In this document: piece after piece, positions 1 to 8,800 of the stretch
Position numbering within the stretch: position 1 is the stretch's first letter
Layout: every line of letters starts with the position of its first letter
From: Schizochytrium sp. TIO01
Lineage: Eukaryota > Protista > Bigyra: Labyrinthulomycetes
DNA length: 64,000 bases
Direction: 5' to 3'
Assembly (NCBI GenBank): GCA_004764695.1
Contig: SMSO01000031.1
Coordinates: 2,456,436-2,520,435 of the forward strand
Notes under the pieces: generated by a model
Told to the model about the DNA's origin: nothing
The model's database searches: none
What the model saw: the letters and a program-made list of their open reading frames with translations, nothing else
Translations under genes and position numbers: made by a program

Positions 1-79
1 GTAGGAACCTGTTGTCAGATATATAGTAGAAACTTTTAATTCAAAAAATAATTTAAAAAAAACTCTTGAGAAAGATCGC

Positions 80-730
80 TTATATGTCGTAAGCAAAAGG
101 TAATGCAATGCACGTAAAACTCCTATCACAGTCGAAGGGACAAAGGCTCTGCGGTATATTGGTGCAATGGTGAACCAGATCCTTGATTGAGAAGATATAT
201 AGTACGTAATATAGCAGGTGGGAAAGTATTTAGTCTTAGTGCTGCGCGAGTTCGTTCTATGAGAGTGCAGAAGGATTTCAAACTTTGCTGAAAGATTTAA
301 GCGTTCTCTCTGTGCATAACCGCTGCTTGTTTGTCCATCAATCACCAGTCCCTCATAATGCTCATGGTCGCGTGACCACTTGATTGGAGTAGCAGCCAGA
401 AAGCATTGCAACGCCTTCGACAAAGACCAGCTAGTCATGAGTGCTGCCCAGCGCATACGAAGGAGATGAAGACGACATGAGGCGAGCCACGGGCTGAGTG
501 AGACCTTGGCTTCTCTTTAGTCTGCTTTCTTAGCACAACCAACAACTTGGAGTGCCATGGTTTTGTTGAAACATGCAGACATGCCTGGATAGCTAGCGAG
601 ACAGCTAGCGAGTCAAAGGAACGATGGAGCGAAGGCAAACGTGAATGGTTAAAGTCTTACTTGCCGAGGAAAGGACCGACAAGGGCGAATGGAGGGATGC
701 ATCGAGCTATATCCATGCACAAGAAGAAGA
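80..730 (+). pseudogene. Decayed ankyrin-repeat coding relic (approximate bounds)
   Basis: Frame-hopping translation gives ankyrin-like pieces: KGNAMHVKLL (~97), AYEGDED (453), DLGFS..NNLEC followed by LLKHAD (541-580), EGKRE followed by MVKVLLAEERTD (631-680). Multiple stops and frameshifts. Confidence 0.55.
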
Positions 731-734
731 ATAC

Positions 735-841
735 TGCCTGAAAGTAACGAGTACGATTCAAATCCCTTTTGGCTCTGAATTGAAGAAGATTGCCTGAAAG
801 TAACGAGTACGATTTAAATCCCTTTTGGCTCTGAATTGAAG
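735..841 (+). repeat. 56-bp direct tandem duplication (about 2 copies)
   Basis: TGCCTGAAAGTAACGAGTACGATT(C/T)AAATCCCTTTTGGCTCTGAATTGAAG starts at 735 and 791, one mismatch. Confidence 0.95.
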
Positions 842-1328
842 GGCTTGAAGGTGAAAGAGGCCGATTAAGTCAGATACAGGCACTAAATCCATTTTTTCAG
901 AGACAGCGATCCCTTAATCACTTTACCACGCGAGTGTTCTCTAGAAACTGATGCTCTTGCACAGCCAGGTAAAACCAAAACGATGTGACAAGCCCAAAGT
1001 CTTCAAGATAGACAGTTATGAAATCGAGATGGTCTGGATTCTTTGACAAAGTAGGTGTCTGTCAAGAGCAGGAGCGACCAGGTATGATAGAAATGATCAA
1101 GAGAAAGGGAGTGAGTTCTAAGCAAAATGGAATATCGAACGTGATAAATGATTACAGTTTTCGTCCTATTCATTAACTCAGGATTACAATGTCAGCTTCT
1201 AGGCGGTGCATTCACTACAGGCGTGTAGCTCAAGTGTCGATCCGAGAGAGATCTCACAGATTCACAATATAGTTTTAGCAACCCATCGCAAGAAGTAGGG
1301 AGAGCAAGGTTGCATTGTGATGTCAAAT

Positions 1329-3836
1329 TTACACAGACGATGACGTCTTGGTGATCGAAGACTCAGAGCCCTCGCCACCACTTGTGGATTTTGCAGAAGA
1401 TTCGTCCCCCTCGTAGTTCTCAGTTTGAATGACCATTTGGGCAAGAACCTGGTAATAGGCGAGGAGAGATGCGCCGATATCCTCGCCAAGGTTACCAAGA
1501 ATGTTGTACTTGCTGCGGATTTGGGAGCGAAGGATTGCCAGCAGAAAGCCCTGGTTGAAAAAGCAGAGCCAGCCAAAAGCCTCAATGCCAGGTCGAGCCA
1601 CAACAGAAGCAAAGAGTCCAATCCAGCCAAAGAAGAAGAGCTGCACAAATGCAGTAAATAGAATGTTAACCGGCATGTTCTTTTTCTTATGGAAGACACG
1701 GCTCATGACAATGTAAGTAGACCAACCAGGGCACACGAAAGCACGAAGAGTTTCGAGGTGAGTCTGGGCATCGGGAACCTTGATAAAAGAGCGCTCTTCG
1801 TGTGTAAAAAGGCCACCGAATGACCAGAAGAGATCAAAGTAGTTGAGCACACCGCCACCAAAGTGCAATTTGAATGCATTGAGACTACGGTACTTCTCTG
1901 GCTCCTCATCCATCTTGATGAAGCGGTAGAGACAGATACAAATAGAGCAGAGCAAAACGGTGAACGGGAGACCGGCAATAATAGCGGCTGCCTGAAGAGC
2001 ACTGAGAGCATCGGATTTACCAGCAGAGAGAAGAGCAGTTGCCACAGCACCTTCGGTACAAGCCCAGAAGACGCGTTGGATCCAAAAGCCTTCCTCGTCA
2101 CGTCCGTTGCTAGCCAAATGATCCACAACAAGCGAACCAGAATCGGCAGAAGTCACGAAGTAGATCGCGATTGCGGCAACAGCCAGCCATCCAAGAAAGT
2201 AGCCGTAATCGTAGTATTGCATGAGGACATTCCACCACGACATGGTGCTGATTGTAGTACAGACAGGAGAGATACCGGGGTAGTTGTTAACAAAGTCCCA
2301 GGTTGCGTTTGCACCAGTCTTATCGATAAAAGTCACAGTGATAGGATCGGTAGGTGGGTTGTAGCACTCAGTCGAACCAGGCACAAGATACATGTCAGGG
2401 TCACCAAGGAATGTACCGAGCTGGATAACTTCGAGAGCACGACGGTAAGCGCGGAGACCAGCACCACCAAAGACGGCAAACCAAAAGAAGGCATACACGA
2501 GAGGACCGGCTAGGGTGAAGTTGATTACTTCGCGGATGGTGCGGCCACGGGAAATGCGAGCGATGAAGAGACCAACAAAGGAAGCCCATGCAGTCCACCA
2601 TGCCCAGTAGTAGATAGTCCATGAGTTCATCCAGTCTGCAGTGGCACCGAGCCCCTGGTACTGATCACCATCAATTCCACGTCCATTACCACGTGTAAGC
2701 TGGGCAAAAGCATCAGTCGCAAAAAAGACCTGCACGATGTTGTATTGGAAGTAACTACCGATCGACTGCACAGCAACGTTGAGAAGGTACTTTGTATCAT
2801 CAAGGAAGAGAATGAGAAACCAAAGCGAGAAGCCGAGGATGATAGCAAGCATGGAGAGAATCTTGATACCAAGATCCAGGCCAGAGACCACGGACAATGT
2901 GGCCATTGCTGTCACAACCCAAATACAGATGATGCGAGCAGTGTTCTCTTGGTCACTGCCGGTCTCAAAGCTGAGGTCGGCAAGAACATTGACACCATCA
3001 ATAAGCTGAATGGCACCAAGACCGAGCGATGTACAGACACCAGCAACAACAACTACAATGCTGAAGGCATCGACAGCATCTCCCCAGAAGCCCCAGGTGT
3101 ATTTTCCAAGGATAGGGTAGAAGCAAGAACGCATTGTAAGAGGCAGATTCTCACGGTACGCTGCAATAGCCGCGGTAACACCGACCAAAACATACCCAGT
3201 CCATGCACCCAAACCCCAGTGAAAGAGAGTAAGGTTGATAGCGTGGCTATCGTATTCCGCATCAGAGTGGTAGCCAGTATCAAAGCGGTTACCGGAAAGG
3301 TGGTAGAGCGGCTCGCTAACACCATAGAAGAAGAGACCAACAGCAACACCAGCAGAGAAGATCATGGCAAAGTAAGAGCCAGCGTCATAAGCAGGCTTTT
3401 CGTGGGGAAGACCAAGCTTCTGGTTGCCGTGGACAATGTAAACATAGGCCATAAAAAAGAACATAATTGGGGTGGTCACAATGTAGAACCAAGTAAAAAT
3501 CCGTGTCACACCAAGCTGAGCACTAGTGAGGTTCTCGTAGGAGCCCTCGGGATCTACCATACACCAAATGGCAAGACCCCAAAGCACTGCGAAACCGAGG
3601 AAGAAAGTCACCGGGTTACAGCGCACTCCCTTTGTGAACGGGACGGGGAAGTGATACTCGCGCATGGGATAGAGAGGAGCTTCTTCATCCATTGCTCCAA
3701 CCTCTGCTCCTTCACTATCACTGCCGATGCTGTGAGAGCAGGAGGCGTGAGGACCAATACCAATGGCATCGTTCGTTTCCTCTGCCTTTCTTTGCCTGTT
3801 GTATGTAACTACATCGTCTTCATCTTCGCGCAGCAT
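1329..3836 (-). CDS. BCCT-family (betaine/carnitine/choline/DMSP-type) transporter, paralog 1, with C-terminal PLAC8-like domain; 835 aa, intronless
   Basis: BCCT signatures SYFAMIFSAGVAVGLFFYGVSEP, FHWGLGAW, WTIYYWAWWTAWASFVGLFIARISRGRTIRE and FVTSADSG, with many hydrophobic segments. C-terminal VCPGW...RSQIRSKYNILGNLGED...VLAQ. Confidence 0.95.
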   Translation of the reverse strand: MLREDEDDVVTYNRQRKAEETNDAIGIGPHASCSHSIGSDSEGAEVGAMDEEAPLYPMREYHFPVPFTKGVRCNPVTFFLGFAVLWGLAIWCMVDPEGSYENLTSAQLGVTRIFTWFYIVTTPIMFFFMAYVYIVHGNQKLGLPHEKPAYDAGSYFAMIFSAGVAVGLFFYGVSEPLYHLSGNRFDTGYHSDAEYDSHAINLTLFHWGLGAWTGYVLVGVTAAIAAYRENLPLTMRSCFYPILGKYTWGFWGDAVDAFSIVVVVAGVCTSLGLGAIQLIDGVNVLADLSFETGSDQENTARIICIWVVTAMATLSVVSGLDLGIKILSMLAIILGFSLWFLILFLDDTKYLLNVAVQSIGSYFQYNIVQVFFATDAFAQLTRGNGRGIDGDQYQGLGATADWMNSWTIYYWAWWTAWASFVGLFIARISRGRTIREVINFTLAGPLVYAFFWFAVFGGAGLRAYRRALEVIQLGTFLGDPDMYLVPGSTECYNPPTDPITVTFIDKTGANATWDFVNNYPGISPVCTTISTMSWWNVLMQYYDYGYFLGWLAVAAIAIYFVTSADSGSLVVDHLASNGRDEEGFWIQRVFWACTEGAVATALLSAGKSDALSALQAAAIIAGLPFTVLLCSICICLYRFIKMDEEPEKYRSLNAFKLHFGGGVLNYFDLFWSFGGLFTHEERSFIKVPDAQTHLETLRAFVCPGWSTYIVMSRVFHKKKNMPVNILFTAFVQLFFFGWIGLFASVVARPGIEAFGWLCFFNQGFLLAILRSQIRSKYNILGNLGEDIGASLLAYYQVLAQMVIQTENYEGDESSAKSTSGGEGSESSITKTSSSV

Positions 3837-5879
3837 TGTGTATACAGGGAAAGGAAAGGACTAGTTACTCAACGAAGCGAGATTTGTCCTTGTACAGTTT
3901 GTTGAGTTTGGGTTTTGGATTTGGATCAGTTTAGCTAAAGCTTCACACGACACACGTATGAGGGAAGACACACAAGATTTTTGGTTTCTCCCAAGTAATA
4001 TATAGATACGTGATTTTAACTTCGATAAAAACGCTGACGAGCAGTAATAGCCGGTATGTACCTAGCTATGTCACTGTAGCAGTCCAGAAACACAATTGAC
4101 TTGTGCTTCGTCGATATCTTTTGTCTTAGTGGACTTGCTGTGGTCGGGCGTTTGAGGTTTGCTTTCTTTTGGATGGCGATATATTATGCTTGCTTGTTCT
4201 TCGCTTCGTCTCGTATAGCAGAGTGCTATGTTAGCACCAGCGCCATTAAGAGTTCTATAAAGTTCTTCCTAGGAATCTCTTTGGAAGTGAGCGCTTCTTT
4301 CGGTCGCAGTGGTTCCTAGAAGAAGGAGGAATATGGCAGATCTTGCCGCAGCGTTTTCGGTTCTTCCTAGTTCAAATAATGAGGAGACCACTTACATACC
4401 TCCGCACTTACTTTTTTTCTTCTACTTTATGATTTTTTAATGATTTTTATTTTAAATATTTATATATATATATATATTTAAAATATTTTTAATTCTCGAA
4501 AACTCGCCCCCACTCCCTGATATTGCCATGGAGGAACTAGAGCAACTATTTTGCTTGTTGCTGATTTCTTTCTCTACTTGTCATGTCGCTGGGTTCTGAG
4601 ATAGGGTACATATGTCTGTTGCTTGAGGCTTTCCCGTTCCGCGTTGGGCAAGAAAGTCTCCAATGACGGCCCTGTTCTGCGCTCGCCACTCCCTGTTGCG
4701 ATGTTCAAGTGCCTATCACAGAACCCCGAAGGTCAGTGCACTTGTGGGAAGGAAGGAAGCAACCTTTGATCTTTTCTTCTTCGTTGCCGTGGCCTTCTTT
4801 TTATTACCACCTATCAAAGACAGGAACGGCATCGGTACTTTAAACGAAATTGCATTTCGTCATAAACCCCCATCCATCATCGAACATTTTTGTTTTCATT
4901 TTGTTCAAGAGCAGAAAAGGATACCTCTTGTAAGAGTTACTTCTTTCTGTGAGGCGAATCGAGGCGAATGATGGGATAAACAGACCACTCCCAGGCTGGT
5001 ACATCTGCTAAAAGCAATTGTTCTCAGCGCTTTCGCTTCTCGTCTCGTTTTTCAGCTGAAGGTCAGCACGGTTCGCCCTTGCGTCGATGCTGCGTACGCT
5101 GCCTTGTTTTGGTCATCATTCCTCCTCGTTCTGAGCCGAAAGGAAACGGAAAGCGCAGGAACACGCACGGCTGCTTGTTTTCCGGCCTGCTGCTCGTCCA
5201 TTCCCTTTCGCCTCGTGCATCGCAGCAGCCGCCGTGACTCTTGCTCGCCGACTTGCAACGAAGCCTGGGAACCCTTGCCTTTTCAACATCTGCTTTGCAA
5301 GGATGCACTGCTGCAGACTTTTGCTTGCTCAGGAGTGCTGCTTTCTCGCCGGTTCCCGCATCGATCGCGGTGGCGATGCGTGCTTCAACTCCCCATCGGT
5401 TGGTTGCTTGCTTGCTCGTACTTCTCCTTCTCCCTGGCGCCGCGAAATACAGGACCGGAGCAGAGCGCGATGAAACACCCGCGGCTCAAGACGAAGCGGA
5501 CTCTAGAGTTCCCCTATTCCTGCTGGCCTCAAAGCGCCGCAATTTTCAATCCTGCCATTCATTCCTCTTCTTCATGTATAATTTATTTCATTTATTTATT
5601 TTTAACATTAAAATTTAATTTGTTTTAATATATAGATCAGAGAGTACGATCTGTACAATGGAAATACTTTTCAATGGAGAACTCGCTACATCACTCGTCA
5701 TAATAATCCAGCACCCAGCCACTTCCAAGTCTTCCTCGATTCACCTTCTCTCTCACCCGTTGGCTAATTAATCGATACTTTGTACTATCATACTCTATTA
5801 CCTATCGTCGTACATGGTAGACAGGTTTGGGTTAGTAAAACATATACAAATAAATTTATACATTACAAACTAAAAATTC

Positions 5880-8800
5880 CTGTTCCCACGAGCTAGGAAA
5901 ACAGTTATGACTTTCAGTAGAAGGATAACAGCCTCGCAGTTCCTTTCCAATTCGCCTGCCTGGCCAAGGGCGAAGGCATAGTCACGCCTAGGACATTGGT
6001 AGTCTCAGCTTCCTCCTGCTTTCCTCAACCCATCAGAGAGAGACACGAGACTTCCCACGCGCTTCCATAACTCGTAGGCTTCCACAAGCATCCTTTCGCT
6101 ACTCATTCAAGGTAGCAGGTACCTAGAGCATGCTAGTCCCTAGGTACTTGAAAGAACACGCTTCCTTTCCCAGTGAATTCTTTAAAACTACTAAAACTGG
6201 ACTTTGCAATTTAAGCCCTCCGTAGTGCTTTTAGAGCTCGTGGCCTCTTCTTCTAGGCGCAATTGGCCTTCGCTTGAGAAACTCGAGAAACTTGCCGATG
6301 CTATCAATCGATCTCTGTATCGTGGAGCCAAACAAACTGCTGACTGACAAGTGATATCTCAGCCAGCGAGAAGAGACTCAGAGCGCATGAGCAGCTGCGA
6401 TTGACGATGCTGGCGCTGCTCGGAAAGGGCCGATGAACCTCAGAACGGGTCAGAAAGCGGGCTGAGCTCTGGCCGCACCACAGCCTTCCTTTCCATGCCA
6501 GCGAAGCCGCTCCGTCGATAGCGGAATGGCTTCTTTCAGGAGGACCAAGGAAGGTGAACGAGTGAGTTCGAAAGCGAAAACGAAAACGCGCAACAAATCT
6601 ATGCACGTTCAAAGTTTTGCTCAGGTGTTCCTTCGACCAGCTCTGCCACTTTATCTTCGAGGCGACCTCGCTCGAGCGAGCTAGCGAGCTTGCCCGGCTC
6701 TAGATCGATCCACCCTCCACGCGGGGGCTCGAGGAGGTCTGAAAGCCTTGGGCTTTGCCTGCGCTGTGCTTTCATCGTCGCTGTCAGCCATGGCGGTCGA
6801 TGGCTTTGCAAAGAAAGCTTTTGAGGCGGCTGTTTCCCGCTTCGTTCATCTCATTCCACGCCGCGCGTTCGAGCTCAGTGGGCAAGAGAGGAAGGCGCCA
6901 GCTTTCTCAGCTCTTAGCGCCTCGTTTTTCAATCGCCAGCCCCTGTGTCCCCAGAGGGACTACTCCCCCTCCGCCCCTCAGGGAAGTTCCCCTCTGGGCC
7001 AGCTTTTTTATTTCGTCGCTCAGCCTCATTTCCTCACAACTACACTGAAAGCGTGAGTGCCAGTGGTGAATGACTGCCGAGATTCCCACGGCCTCCCGAT
7101 TGGGTCAGGCGTTGTTGCCCTCTGTAGGAAAAGCTTGGAGGCCTGTTAAGAAGGCAGTATTCATACAAATAGCCAATCAATCAACCATTCGACTTACGCC
7201 CATATTGAGTCCATCATTGGTGCCGGTGTGTAGTGGTTGCTCTTTTGTTTCGTTGGATAAGTTCATATAATCTAATCTCTGTGAGTGAATGTTCGGGAAA
7301 TTATTATGTTAACCTCGCGTTCATTTTTTATTTTTTTATTAATTTTGAAGGACAGTATGATAAATCAAAACAGTATAATTTTTTAAAAGATAAAATATGG
7401 AAGAAAACCCATCCCTACCTTACCTAAGCGATATTTAAGTATGGGCTCTCTCCAAGCCTTCCCGATCGTGATTTAGATAAGGCCTAACTCTGGCCACACA
7501 TCCTTTTGCCCCTTCTAGCTTCCACAATGGCTTGCAATAGCAAGCAACTATATTCGGCGCATAGGCCTATCATGGTGATGCTGCTATTTACCACTATTTA
7601 TAATGATTTTAGAATTAAAACTTACTTTCCTTTCTTTAAAAAAATAAAAATAACAAATTAAAAGTTTTCCTGGCGCCTCCCTTTTTCTTGAGCTTGTTCT
7701 TAGTAGTGCCGAATCCGCAGTGATAGCTTTTTGGAAGTGCACTCCTAACATGAGAAGCTTGTGGCGGTGAGACCATCTCGTAGCGAGCAATCCGTCAGAA
7801 GCTTAGTGGAGCAGCGCATTGGCACATAAGCTCGGTCATTGAGCGGCACGGTACAGAGGAAGCTGATCATGAGAGGGCTGTGACGTGACAGACATGCATT
7901 TAAGTCGGAGCGACTAACAGCCACACAGAGAGAGGCCAGGCAAGCTGATAGATAAAGCAACAGCAACTCGTAGGAAGAAACAGAACGCGCAAAGTCTTTG
8001 CTCAAACGATCTGAACACCGAACTAAACTGATTTCCTCACATTGAAATTTGAGTTCCTCTTTTTTTTTTTCTTCTTTCTTTTTTTTTTCCCCTATTTTAA
8101 AAACGTTTTTCTTTTTATATGAGAATACCTTGACTATATATTATTATCATTAAATCATAATAATAATATCGTTTTATTTATTTTTAAATATATATATATA
8201 AGAAAAAAAGGTTAGTAGGCTCTGCGATCACATCCAAGAGCTTGTCTAACTATGATATGGAACGGTTGCTTGGCCTTGGGCCCTCAAGTTATGCTACTAG
8301 TTCCGACGCGGATTCTCACGAGCAGCCAGGACCACTTGTAAACCGGCTTGCGTTTCACTTGTTTCTCACTAGAAAAGTCTCTTTTTAGTATTAGATTTCC
8401 TTAAATTTAGTAAATGTTGCCCCTCAACTTTTGACTTGTGATGGAAAATCTAAGTCTAACTCCAGCATCACAAAGACTCCAGGGTCGTTTAGAGAGATTG
8501 ACCGCGCCCTTTGAGGAGCCTGGCCACCAGCCTTTCGACGAGTTGTCGCTCAGCCTCCGCAACTAAATAAGGCCCACAATGTAACTTTTATTGGGAAACT
8601 GTCTTTTTCCCTGTGTCACCTGAAAAACCAACGGTTTTGCTTGATTCAAATATTGCTTCAAATCGAACGTAGATTAAGCCCATTCTGCAAAGGCAACCCT
8701 TACATTTGACAATACATAACTTCAAGAGACGACTGGTACAAGGCATGCGGTCTTTTTGCTTGAAGCGAGAACTTACCTAAACCCCCCTCTAGTTTCGCAC

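Noticed and set aside
1863-3905. Long plus-strand ORFs (216 aa, 386 aa) antisense to BCCT paralog 1, and similar ones (27555-28040, 28425-29438) over paralog 2
   Set aside because: Shadow ORFs produced by the codon bias of the sense genes. They resemble each other only because the sense genes are paralogous, and they contain no recognisable domains.
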